Shown: one piece after another, positions 21,209-30,502 of the stretch | Layout: every line of letters starts with the position of its first letter | Numbering within the stretch: position 1 is the stretch's first letter | Origin: Alphaproteobacteria bacterium | Lineage (GTDB): Bacteria; Pseudomonadota; Alphaproteobacteria; MPNO01; UBA830 | Length of the DNA stretch: 64,000 bases | Assembly (NCBI GenBank): GCA_965243135.1 | Contig: OZ251539.1 | Coordinates: 1,824,001-1,888,000 of the forward strand | Reading direction: 5' to 3' | The notes under the pieces: model-generated | What the model saw: only the letters and a program-made list of their open reading frames with translations | What the model was told of the DNA's origin: nothing | Database searches by the model: none | Program-made: the position numbers and the translations under genes

Positions 21209-22429
21209 GTGGACCCGACCTTCGTCATCGTCGGCGCCGGACAGGCCGGCGGCTGGACCGCAAGAACCCTGCGCGACGAGGGTTTCGCGGGACGGGTCGC
21301 GGTAGTGGGGGACGAGAGTTTTCCGCCCTATGAACGGCCGCCCCTGTCGAAGGAAGTTCTGCTCGGCGAGGCCGAAAAGGAATCCTGCTTTTTGTGGTCC
21401 GAGGAGGCCCTGTCGGAATCGGGAATCGAACTGATTCCGGGTCGCCGGGTCGAAGCGATCCATCCGGACGCTCACAGGCTGACGCTCGACAGCGGCGAAT
21501 CCTTCGACTGGACAAAGCTCGTGCTCGCCACCGGCGGACGCGCCCGGACTCTCGACGTTCCCGGCGCGAACCTGGATGGCGTCTTCACCCTGCGAACGAT
21601 CAACGATACGGAAGCGATTCGGCCGCGCCTCGCCGAAGGCGCTTCGGTCGTCGTCGTCGGCGCGGGCTGGATCGGCCTCGAGGTGGCGGCGGCGGCCCGC
21701 AAGCGGGGAGCGAACGTCACGGTTCTGGAGGCCGAAGACCGGGTGTGCGCCCGCGCGTTGACGCCGGGCATGTCCGAATGGGTTCTCGGACTCCATCGGC
21801 GGCATGGCGTCGAAATTCTCCTGAACGCCCGGTTCCGGGAGTTCGGCGGCGAGGACAGGCTCGAGCGCGCGGTGCTGCAGGACGGGAGCGAGATCGCATG
21901 CGACCTCGCCGTCGTCGGCATCGGCATCGTCCCGAACGTGGAACTCGCCGAAGCGGCCGGTCTCGACGTCGACAACGGCATCGTCGTCGACGAGACCGGC
22001 AGAACCTCCCATCCGGACATCTACGCGGCCGGCGACGCGGCCAACCACCCCAATCCGCTGCTCGGACGACGGGTCCGCCTGGAATCTTGGGAAAACGCCC
22101 AGAACCAGGCGATCGCCGTGGCGAAGGCCATGCTCGGCGGCGGGGCGCCCTATGCCGAGATCCCATGGTTCTGGTCGGATCAGTACGACGCGAACATCCA
22201 GCTGATGGGCATGCCGGAGACATGGGACCGGACCGTGGTTCGGGGCGACCGCTCGTCCGGCGAGTTCATCGAATTCCACCTCAAGGAGGGGCGCCTCCAG
22301 GGAGCCGCCGCCGTCAACAATCCGCGCGACCTGCGCCTTACCCGGCGCATGATGACGGCCGGCAGAACCTGGGATCCGGAGGCGCTCGCGGATCCGGCGG
22401 TCAAGCTGCAGAGACTTCTGAAAGCCTGA
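21209..22429 (+). CDS. Ferredoxin-NAD(+) reductase (glutathione-reductase type)
   Basis: GAGQAG, PYERPPLSK, GAGWIGLE, 'RLESWENA', 'PWFWSDQYD'. Confidence 0.92.
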   Translation: MDPTFVIVGAGQAGGWTARTLRDEGFAGRVAVVGDESFPPYERPPLSKEVLLGEAEKESCFLWSEEALSESGIELIPGRRVEAIHPDAHRLTLDSGESFDWTKLVLATGGRARTLDVPGANLDGVFTLRTINDTEAIRPRLAEGASVVVVGAGWIGLEVAAAARKRGANVTVLEAEDRVCARALTPGMSEWVLGLHRRHGVEILLNARFREFGGEDRLERAVLQDGSEIACDLAVVGIGIVPNVELAEAAGLDVDNGIVVDETGRTSHPDIYAAGDAANHPNPLLGRRVRLESWENAQNQAIAVAKAMLGGGAPYAEIPWFWSDQYDANIQLMGMPETWDRTVVRGDRSSGEFIEFHLKEGRLQGAAAVNNPRDLRLTRRMMTAGRTWDPEALADPAVKLQRLLKA

Positions 22430-22487
22430 CCCGTCAACGGCGGGACGGCGCGAGGACGACCGGTCCCGGTCCGAAAGCGCCGGCCGG

Positions 22488-23066
22488 CTACGTCCCGGAA
22501 ACGCCGGCCGTGAAGGTCAGGCCCGTCTTCTCGAATTCTTCGACCAGTCCCGGTCCCAAGGCTTCGATCCGCGCCGCGGCCTTCGGCGAGAAATCGATAT
22601 CGTTCAAATCGTGGATCCCTCCCGAAATGATCACCTGCAGAATCCCTTCCTCGCCGGAAACGTTGGTGAAGCCGCGACATACCCCCGGAGGGACCGAGAT
22701 GGTATCGAAGCGGCTCAATTCGACTCGTTCGCCGCCGTCGTCGTTCCAGTAGACCTCGAACCGCCCCTGGAGCACGGTGAAGGTTTCATAGGTCGCCTGA
22801 TGAGCGTGCAGCGACGGTCCCGTTCCCGGAGGGCAGACTGCGAGGGTCACCGTAATTCCGCCCGCGCCCCGGATGGGGGCGGCGGAGTTGATGGGCGTAT
22901 CGAGGCCTTCTTCCAAACCGATGACCGACAGCAGCTTCCGCGACCATACGATATCCGCAGCCTCGACCGGAATGCCGGAGTTTTTCTGGGCCTCCAGAGC
23001 TTGCAACCGCTCGAATCTCGCAACTCGCCCCTGCATCTCCGCATCCGAAATTCGAATGGTCCTCAT
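22488..23066 (-). CDS. Cupin domain protein
   Basis: 'PGTGPSLHAHQATYETF', 'DTISVPPGVCRGF'. Confidence 0.8.
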   Translation of the reverse strand: MRTIRISDAEMQGRVARFERLQALEAQKNSGIPVEAADIVWSRKLLSVIGLEEGLDTPINSAAPIRGAGGITVTLAVCPPGTGPSLHAHQATYETFTVLQGRFEVYWNDDGGERVELSRFDTISVPPGVCRGFTNVSGEEGILQVIISGGIHDLNDIDFSPKAAARIEALGPGLVEEFEKTGLTFTAGVSGT

Positions 23067-23945
23067 GGCTCGCCTCCCTTCGGTTGCGTAACGCGCCATC
23101 GTGATGGACGCGGACGGAACCTGCAAGCCGCTCGTCAGGGCGCCGCCTTCGCCGAATTCTTGAGAATCTCGGCATTGCGTTGCGGTTCCGCAGGTAGCAG
23201 CCGGCAAGGGCGCGCGGCGAGGGAGGCGGCGGAAGCTGCGGCAAGCCGGTTCCCGCTGCGATGCACGAGCTTCGTCGTCGGGAAAACGAAAGCGCTGATT
23301 GTATTCTCGGACGAGCGCCGGTTCGGACATGGGCGGCTACGCTTGGGGACCAACCGTTGAACAAGTTCCCCAATGGCGCCCGCAGTTCCGCCGGGTCGTC
23401 GGTTCGAACTGCGGGCAAGCGCCGCGAGCGCGCGAACCGGGCAGTAGCCGCGCGCCCGGCATTCACAGTCCCGAACGTGGCGCCGCTTCCTGGCGCGCGC
23501 GCAAATCGGAATTCCGCACCGCGGCAACGCGGGCGCCGCGACGAGAAATGATCCGGGACCTCGGGCGGCGCGTCCCGCCTCGAAGGAGCGAAGGGGGGCG
23601 CAAGCAGCGGCAGCGTCAAGCGAAGGAAACGAAGCGGTGCATGAAGGGAGGCGGGAAGTCCGAGGCGGGGCGATGCCGGGGACCCGCCCGTAAGCGCTGA
23701 GTTGTTTGGCGAATTGGAGTCGGGCGGCGCCGAATTACCCGTTCGTTGGCCACGCGCTTGATGGAAAGGCGGGAGATGCCGTTGGTCCAACCGTCTCGCC
23801 CGTTTCCGTTGCGGAAGAGCCTTGGAATGCGGAGAACCAGTTAGCGGAGGAGTCGCGCCCACCGGAAGAAAGCGCCTTTCCACGGCAACATGCGGGCCGG
23901 CGGACCGAGAAGGCCTGTCGCGCAGGCAGCAGCGTCGGAGAACGG

Positions 23946-23960
23946 TGCTATATTGAAACC
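23946..23960 (+). promoter_or_regulatory. Extended -10 (TG-c-TATATT) 6 nt before degQ ATG; probable leaderless transcript
   Basis: tgcTATATTgaaaccATG; no Shine-Dalgarno seen. Confidence 0.45.
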
Positions 23961-25367
23961 ATGACTGGAAAATCGATCGTCGCCGCATTGATCGCGCTCG
24001 TCGCGTTCGCGGGCGCGCCCTGCGCGCAGCAGGCGCGCGTGCCGTCCGACGCGGCGGAACTGAAGCTTTCCTTCGCGCCGCTGGTGAAATCCGTCGCGCC
24101 TTCGGTCGTCAACATCTACACGAAGCGCATGGTGCGCGCGCGCCGCATCTCGCCGCTGTTCGACGATCCGTTCTTCCGGCGGTTCTTCGGCGGACGCTTT
24201 CCCTTCGACGAGCGGCCGCCCGAGAAAGTGCAGAATTCTCTGGGATCGGGCGTGATCGTAAGGCCGGAAGGCCTGATCGTCACCAATCATCACGTCATCG
24301 AGAACGCCGACGAGATCACCGTCGTGCTCGCGGACCGCCGGGAGTTCGAGGCGGAAGTCGTCACTCGGGACGAAAGGACGGACCTCGCCGTTCTGCGCGT
24401 GGACGCCGGATCCCTCCCCTACCTCCCCTTGCGCGATTCCGACACTCTCGAGGTGGGCGACCTCGTGCTCGCCATCGGCAACCCCTTCGGAGTCGGCCAG
24501 ACGGTGACCAGCGGCATCGTCTCCGCGCTCGCGAGAACCGCTGAAGGCGTGGCGGATTTCGGCTTCTTCATTCAGACGGACGCCGCGATCAATCCCGGCA
24601 ATTCCGGCGGCGCGCTCGTCGGCGTCGACGGCAAGCTCGCGGGCATCAACACCGCCATCTATTCGAGGAGCGGCGGGTCGAACGGCATCGGATTCGCGAT
24701 TCCTTCCAACATGGTGGCGACGGTGATCGGGGGCGCCGTCGCAGGCGGAGAAATCGTCCGTCCGTGGCTCGGCGCCCGCGGACAGCGCGTCGACCACGAG
24801 CTGGCGCGCAGCCTGGGCCTGCCGCGGCCTACCGGCGTCCTCGTCAACTCCATCCATCCCGAAAGTCCCGCCCGCCGCGCAGGGTTGCGCGTCGGCGACG
24901 TGATCGTGTCGGTGGAAGGCAAGGAGATCGCGGACGAGCACGCGCTCGGCTTTCGCGTCGCGACGCTCGAAATCGACGGCACGGCCGTTCTCGATATCGT
25001 CCGCGACGGCGCGAGGCTGACGCTGGAGATCTCGTTGCGGCAGGCGCCGGAAGTCCCGCCCAGGGACGTCACGAAGATCACCGGCGAAAATCCTTATTCC
25101 GGCGCCGAAATCGCCAATCTCTCTCCGGCTCTCGCGGAAGAGCTCTCGATGGACACGCATGCGACCGGCGTGATCGTACTGCGGATCCTGCGCGGTTCTC
25201 CGGCGGACCGAATCGGGCTGGAGCCGGGAGATATCCTGCTTCGCTTGAACGGAAGGCGAATCGAAAGGGTCGCGGATCTCCGCGAACGCCTGGAGCGCCG
25301 CGGGCGCGGCTGGCGAATCGCGGTCGGACGCGACGGACGGGTCCTGCAGCTCGTCATCCCGGGTTAG
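23961..25367 (+). CDS. degQ: DegP/DegQ (HtrA) serine endoprotease
   Basis: Signal peptide, SLGSGVIV, TNHHV, DLAVL, INPGNSGG, two PDZ domains. Confidence 0.93.
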   Translation: MTGKSIVAALIALVAFAGAPCAQQARVPSDAAELKLSFAPLVKSVAPSVVNIYTKRMVRARRISPLFDDPFFRRFFGGRFPFDERPPEKVQNSLGSGVIVRPEGLIVTNHHVIENADEITVVLADRREFEAEVVTRDERTDLAVLRVDAGSLPYLPLRDSDTLEVGDLVLAIGNPFGVGQTVTSGIVSALARTAEGVADFGFFIQTDAAINPGNSGGALVGVDGKLAGINTAIYSRSGGSNGIGFAIPSNMVATVIGGAVAGGEIVRPWLGARGQRVDHELARSLGLPRPTGVLVNSIHPESPARRAGLRVGDVIVSVEGKEIADEHALGFRVATLEIDGTAVLDIVRDGARLTLEISLRQAPEVPPRDVTKITGENPYSGAEIANLSPALAEELSMDTHATGVIVLRILRGSPADRIGLEPGDILLRLNGRRIERVADLRERLERRGRGWRIAVGRDGRVLQLVIPG

Positions 25368-25371
25368 ATCG

Positions 25372-26661
25372 TTGGCGACGGCGGGCTTGTTCGAAAGCGA
25401 GGCGCCGAGGCCTCTGGCGGATCGGCTGCGCCCCGAATCGCTGGAGGAGGTGCTGGGACAGGATCACCTTCTCGCTTCCGATGCGCCGATCGGTCGCATG
25501 GCGTCTTCGGGCCTGCTCGGTTCGATGATCCTGTGGGGACCGCCCGGCTCGGGGAAAACCACGATCGCCCGGCTGCTCGCCCGGTCGACCGACATGCATT
25601 TCGCGCTTCTTTCCGCGGTTTTCTCCGGCGTCGCGGACCTTCGCAAGGTCTTCGCGAACGCGCGCGATCACCGCGCGGCGGGCCGCGGCACGTTGCTGTT
25701 CGTCGACGAGATTCACCGCTTCAACCGGGCGCAGCAGGACGGCTTCCTGCCTTACGTGGAGGACGGCACGGTCATTCTCGTCGGCGCAACCACGGAGAAC
25801 CCTTCCTTCGAGTTGAACGGCGCCCTCCTGTCCCGCTGCCAGGTCTTCGTGCTCCATCGGCTCGACGACGCGACGCTGGAAGCGTTGCTGACGCGCGCCG
25901 AAACGAAACTCGGAAAGCCCCTGCCCCTTTCTCCCGGCGCGCGAGAAGCGCTCCGTTCAATGGCGGACGGCGACGGGCGCTACCTGCTCAATCTGGCCGA
26001 AGAGCTTTCGCGAATCGAGGTTCCCCTCGATACGGAGGACCTCGCCCGCACGGTTCAGAAACGCGTGCCCCTCTACGACAAGGCGCAGGACGCCCACTAC
26101 AACCTGATCAGCGCCCTGCACAAATCTCTGCGCGGCTCCGATCCCGACGCGGCGCTATACTGGCTCGCGCGCATGCTGACGGCGGGCGAGGACCCCCGCT
26201 ACATCGCGAGAAGACTCGTGCGTTTCGCCGTCGAAGACGTGGGACTGGCCGACCCCGCGGCGTTGCCTCAGGCCATAGCGGCGTGGCAGGCGTTCGAACG
26301 CATCGGCTCCCCCGAAGGCGAACTGGCGCTTGCCCAATGCGTCGTCTATCTCGGCGCCGCGCCGAAATCGAACGCGGTGCACAAGGCGTTCGGCGCCGCC
26401 GCGCGCGCCGCGAACGAAACCGGATCCCTGGCGCCGCCGCCGCACATTCTCAACGCGCCCACTACGCTCATGAAGGATCTGGGCTACGGAAAGGACTACG
26501 TCTACGATCACGATGCCGAAGGGGGTTTTTCGGGGCAGAACTACTTTCCGGACGGCATGGAGCGGCGCACTTTCTACCGCGCGGGCGACAGCGGTTTCGA
26601 GCGCGAGCTTCGCGAGCGCCTCGAAGACTGGAACCGGCGCCGCGCGCGGGGAACCAGGTGA
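25372..26661 (+). CDS. rarA: Replication-associated recombination protein A
   Basis: PLADRLRP, WGPPGSGKTT, DEIHRFN, GATTENP, ISALHKS. Confidence 0.95.
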   Translation: MATAGLFESEAPRPLADRLRPESLEEVLGQDHLLASDAPIGRMASSGLLGSMILWGPPGSGKTTIARLLARSTDMHFALLSAVFSGVADLRKVFANARDHRAAGRGTLLFVDEIHRFNRAQQDGFLPYVEDGTVILVGATTENPSFELNGALLSRCQVFVLHRLDDATLEALLTRAETKLGKPLPLSPGAREALRSMADGDGRYLLNLAEELSRIEVPLDTEDLARTVQKRVPLYDKAQDAHYNLISALHKSLRGSDPDAALYWLARMLTAGEDPRYIARRLVRFAVEDVGLADPAALPQAIAAWQAFERIGSPEGELALAQCVVYLGAAPKSNAVHKAFGAAARAANETGSLAPPPHILNAPTTLMKDLGYGKDYVYDHDAEGGFSGQNYFPDGMERRTFYRAGDSGFERELRERLEDWNRRRARGTR

Positions 26662-27032
26662 GCACGCTGTTCGCAGTGGCGGCCGGAGGCGCGGTGGGCG
26701 CGACCGCCCGGTTTCTCGTGGGAACCGTGGCGGAGCCGCTCGGCCCCTATCCGTGGGGCACTTTCGCCGTCAACGTGGTCGGCTCGTTTATCCTCGGCCT
26801 GTTCGCGGGGCTGATGGCCCTCTCCTGGAACCCGGCCCCCGAGCTCCGCGCGTTTCTCACCGTGGGGCTGCTCGGAGGGTTCACCACGTTTTCGGCGTTT
26901 TCGCTGGATATCGTTCTTCTTGCCGAACGCGGACGCCTCGAACTCGCGGCCGCGTATTTGGCTTCGACGGTAATTTGCTCGGTCGGCGGTCTGATCGGGG
27001 GCCTCCGCCTGGCCCGCGCGCTCCTCGCATGA
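26658..27032 (+). CDS. crcB: Fluoride efflux transporter CrcB/FluC
   Basis: GGAVGA..R, 'PWGTFAVN', 'GGFTTFSAF'. Confidence 0.93.
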   Translation: MSTLFAVAAGGAVGATARFLVGTVAEPLGPYPWGTFAVNVVGSFILGLFAGLMALSWNPAPELRAFLTVGLLGGFTTFSAFSLDIVLLAERGRLELAAAYLASTVICSVGGLIGGLRLARALLA

Positions 27033-27973
27033 GCCGGACCCGCCATGTCCGCGTCGCGGAGGACGACTCCGGGATTCGTCTGGATCGCTGGTTTCGACGG
27101 CATTTTCCCGGCTTGGGACATGCGCGCCTCGAAAAACTGCTTCGCACCGGTCAGGTGCGCGTGAACGGCGGCCGGGTCCGCGCCTCCGTCCGCATCGAGG
27201 CCGGACAGACGATTCGGGTGCCCCCTTCGGCTGACGGCGAGGGGCGGAAGTTGGAGCGCGCCTCGCGGGAAGACGCCGTCTGGATGCGGTCGCTCGTCAT
27301 TCACAGCGACCGCCATTTGATCGTGCTCAACAAGCCGCAGGGAGTCGCCGTGCAAGGCGGCAGGAAGGTGGCGCGGCATCTCGACGGCTTGCTCGGCGCG
27401 CTCGCCGAGCCCGGAGACGGCCCCCCCCCCCGGCTCGTTCATCGCCTCGACCGCGACACGAGCGGCGTCCTCGTGGTCGCGCGGCGCGCTTCCGCCGCCT
27501 CCGCTTTGGCCGAAGCGTTCCGCGGCCGGCACGCGGAAAAAGTCTATTGGGCGCTGGCGGCGGGCGTCCCCGAACCCCGCACGGGCGTCGTCGATTCGCC
27601 GCTTCTCAAGAAGGCCGGCCAGGACGGCAACGAGAGGGTCGTCGTCGACCGCGAAGCCGGCAGGCAGGCCGTCACCGAATACGAAGTCGCCGACGCGGCG
27701 GACCGAAGGGTTTCATGGCTGGTTCTGAAGCCGCGCACGGGCCGAACGCACCAGCTGCGCGTCCATTGCGCGGCGCTCGGCGCGCCGGTCGTGGGCGACC
27801 GCAAGTACGGCGTCGAACCTCCGTCGGCGGAGGTTCCCGGCCTCCTGCATCTTCATGCCCGTTCGATCGCGCTTCCGCATCCGGGCGGCGGAGTTCTGCG
27901 GGTGGCGGCCCCGTTGCCCGATGCGCTCGCCGAAACGTGGCGGCGCTTCGGCTTCGATACGGAAACGCGATGA
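27029..27973 (+). CDS. RluA-family pseudouridine synthase
   Basis: S4 domain 'RLDRW', HRLDRDTSG, TGRTHQLRVH. Confidence 0.93.
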   Translation: MSRTRHVRVAEDDSGIRLDRWFRRHFPGLGHARLEKLLRTGQVRVNGGRVRASVRIEAGQTIRVPPSADGEGRKLERASREDAVWMRSLVIHSDRHLIVLNKPQGVAVQGGRKVARHLDGLLGALAEPGDGPPPRLVHRLDRDTSGVLVVARRASAASALAEAFRGRHAEKVYWALAAGVPEPRTGVVDSPLLKKAGQDGNERVVVDREAGRQAVTEYEVADAADRRVSWLVLKPRTGRTHQLRVHCAALGAPVVGDRKYGVEPPSAEVPGLLHLHARSIALPHPGGGVLRVAAPLPDALAETWRRFGFDTETR

Positions 27974-28647
27974 CCGACCGGCTGAAACTCGTCGCGTTCG
28001 ATCTCGACGGAACGCTTCTCGACAGCGTTTCTTCGATCGTCGAGGGCGTGCGCGCCTGTTGGGACGCGCTGGGATTTCCGGAAGCCGAGCCGGAGCGGAT
28101 CAGGCGAATCATCGGACTGCCGTGGGAACGCGGCGTAGAGATTCTCCTGCCCGGCGCCGGCGAACGCGAAGTCGCCATGGTGAAGGAATATCACGCCGAA
28201 ATCGCCCGCGGCGAACGCGCGCCGCCCGAACGCCCTCCCGAGAAGACGTTTCCCGGAACCAGCGCCCTCCTCGATTCCCTGGAAGCCGGAGGTTACCTCC
28301 TGGCGCTCGTGACAAGCCGCTCCAACAGGCGAATCCACCAACTGGTCGAGGGCCTGGACGGCCGGTTCGTTTCGGTTCAGACCGCCGACCGCGGTCCGGG
28401 CAAGCCGAATCCCTTCCTCCTGAACAGCGCGATGAAGGAAGCCGGCGTCGATGCGGGAGACACGGTCATGGTCGGCGACACGATTTACGACGTGCAGACC
28501 GCAACGAATGCGGGGACGGGAGCGATCGGCGTGACTTGGGGCGCGCATCCCGCCGAAGACCTGCGCTCGGCCGGAGCGCATCGCGTCGCGGACAGTTTCG
28601 AGCAGTTGCGGGGCGACGTCGACCATCTCCTTCGAGGCGGCGAATGA
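27970..28647 (+). CDS. HAD-family hydrolase (phosphoglycolate phosphatase-like)
   Basis: FDLDGTLLDS, KPNP, MVGDTIYD. Confidence 0.9.
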   Translation: MTDRLKLVAFDLDGTLLDSVSSIVEGVRACWDALGFPEAEPERIRRIIGLPWERGVEILLPGAGEREVAMVKEYHAEIARGERAPPERPPEKTFPGTSALLDSLEAGGYLLALVTSRSNRRIHQLVEGLDGRFVSVQTADRGPGKPNPFLLNSAMKEAGVDAGDTVMVGDTIYDVQTATNAGTGAIGVTWGAHPAEDLRSAGAHRVADSFEQLRGDVDHLLRGGE

Positions 28648-29345
28648 AGCGGTTTTACGAGAGCGCAACCAGCGTCGCCGCGAAGGAAGGCTTCGAGATC
28701 CACCTCGACGGGCGTCCCGTCAAAACGCCGGCCAAGCGCAAGCTTGCATTGCCAAGCGAACGGCTGGCGCAAGCGATATCCCGCGAATGGTCGGATCAGG
28801 GCGAGAAGATCGACACGCACCGCATGCGGCTGACCCGGCTCGCGAACAGCGCGGTCGACCGGGTCGCCGGTCGCCGCGACGCGGTCGTCTCCGAGATCGC
28901 CGGCTACGCGGAAACCGACCTCGTTTGTTACCGCGCCGCGGAGCCGGAAGCCCTCCGCCGGCGGCAGGAAGCGGGCTGGACGCCGCTCGTCGACTGGATC
29001 GCGAAGCGTCACGAAATCGTTCTGACCGTTACGGCCGGGCTTCTGCCCTGCCCTCAACCGCCGGCTTCGCTGTCGAACGTTCGGAAAATCGTCGAGGGCC
29101 GGAACGATTTTTCCCTGACCGGCCTGCAACTCGCGGCTGCGGCCAGCGGATCGGTCGTGATCGCGCTGGCGCTGGCGGACGGCGAAATCGACGCTGGCGA
29201 GGCATGGAAACGGTCGCTCGTCGACGAGACGTGGCAGATCGAGAACTGGGGCGATGACCCGGAGGCGGCGAAGCGCCGCGCCGGCCTGCTCGCGGATATC
29301 GGCGCGGCGGAGACGTTCATAAAGCTGAGCGGGGAAACGGCGTGA
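28644..29345 (+). CDS. ATP12 family chaperone
   Basis: MKRFY, 'LDGRPVKTP', 'TDLVCYRA', 'DETWQIENWGDD'. Confidence 0.92.
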   Translation: MKRFYESATSVAAKEGFEIHLDGRPVKTPAKRKLALPSERLAQAISREWSDQGEKIDTHRMRLTRLANSAVDRVAGRRDAVVSEIAGYAETDLVCYRAAEPEALRRRQEAGWTPLVDWIAKRHEIVLTVTAGLLPCPQPPASLSNVRKIVEGRNDFSLTGLQLAAAASGSVVIALALADGEIDAGEAWKRSLVDETWQIENWGDDPEAAKRRAGLLADIGAAETFIKLSGETA

Positions 29346-29611
29346 AATCCGCGAGACTCGTCGTCACGGGCCGCGTGCAGGGCGTCGGATTCCGGGCGTG
29401 GGCGGCCGGCGAGGCCGCGCGGCTTCGCGTTTCAGGTTGGGTGCGGAACCGGATCGACGGAAGCGTGGAGGCCGCGATTTCCGGTTCGCCGGAAGCGGTC
29501 GAGGAGATGACGCGCGCCTGCCGGAAAGGACCGCGGTTCGCGCGGGTCGACGACGTCGCGGTTTTCGAATGCCCGCCGCCGGACGGCGAAGGTTTCGTCA
29601 TACTGGCGTGA
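29342..29611 (+). CDS. acyP: Acylphosphatase
   Basis: [14 protein letters not shown]. Confidence 0.93.
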   Translation: MKSARLVVTGRVQGVGFRAWAAGEAARLRVSGWVRNRIDGSVEAAISGSPEAVEEMTRACRKGPRFARVDDVAVFECPPPDGEGFVILA

Positions 29612-30260
29612 GAATTTCGACGGCGAAGATCCTGCGGAAAGTCTCTTTCAGCACGGCGTCGACCTCCTGCATGGTGGCCGCCACCCCCAGTTTCGCGAGC
29701 GACGTGACCCCATGCTCGGCAATGCCGCAGGGCACGATGCCGTCATAGTGACGGAGATCGGGATCGACGTTCAACGACACGCCGTGAAACGTGATCCATC
29801 GCCGTACGCGCACGCCGACGGCCCCGATCTTGTCTTCCCGCCCTTTCCTGCCGCCGCGCGGCGCCACCCAGATGCCGACCCGGCCCGGACGGCGTTCTCC
29901 GGCCACGCCGAACTCGGCGAGGGCGGCGATGATCCACTCTTCCAGGTCGCGCACGAAGCGGCGCACGTCCCGCCCTCTGCCGGCCAGGTCGAGCATCACG
30001 TATCCGACGCGCTGCCCCGGCCCGTGGTAGGTGTACTGGCCCCCGCGTCCCGTCCTGAACACGGGAAACCGTCCGGCGTCGAGCAAATCTTCCGAACGCG
30101 CGCTGGTGCCGGCGGTGTATATCGGCGGATGCTCCACCAGCCAGACCCTTTCGGGCGCCGCCCCGTCCGCGATCGCGGCGACCGCGCGCTCCATCGCGGC
30201 CACTGCGCCGGGGTAGTCGACAAGACCGGCATCCGCGCGCCAATCGACGGCCTGATTCAT
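29598..30260 (-). CDS. lipB: Lipoyl(octanoyl) transferase
   Basis: [27 protein letters not shown]. Confidence 0.95.
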   Translation of the reverse strand: MNQAVDWRADAGLVDYPGAVAAMERAVAAIADGAAPERVWLVEHPPIYTAGTSARSEDLLDAGRFPVFRTGRGGQYTYHGPGQRVGYVMLDLAGRGRDVRRFVRDLEEWIIAALAEFGVAGERRPGRVGIWVAPRGGRKGREDKIGAVGVRVRRWITFHGVSLNVDPDLRHYDGIVPCGIAEHGVTSLAKLGVAATMQEVDAVLKETFRRIFAVEILTPV

Positions 30261-30342
30261 GGAAAAGCAGCCCTTGCGGTCGGCATTGCGATCTGGTATG
30301 TCACGCTCCGCCCTGAAAAATCAAGGAATCAGGAGTCTCCGA

Positions 30343-30429
30343 GCGGTCGTGGCGGAATTGGTAGACGCGCAGCGTTGAGGTCGCTGTGGGAGAAATCCCG
30401 TGGAAGTTCGAGTCTTCTCGACCGCACCA
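30343..30429 (+). tRNA. tRNA-Leu(GAG)
   Basis: GCGGTCG/CGACCGC acceptor stem, D-loop GGAATTGGTAGAC, anticodon arm CAGCG-TT-GAG-GT-CGCTG, long variable arm, TTCGAG T-loop, encoded CCA. Confidence 0.96.
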
Positions 30430-30437
30430 TTCATGCT

Positions 30438-30464
30438 CCAGGCCCGCAGACGCGGGCCTGGTTT
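30438..30464 (+). terminator. Hairpin after tRNA-Leu
   Basis: CCAGGCCCGC-agac-GCGGGCCTGG followed by TTT. Confidence 0.5.
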
Positions 30465-30502
30465 CGTATGCGACGAACGTCCGAGTACGGAGAGACGGCT
30501 TC

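Noticed and set aside
30343-30500. tRNA-Leu as an integration site
   Set aside because: No integrase or duplicated tRNA 3' end seen; lipB and mgtE flank it directly.
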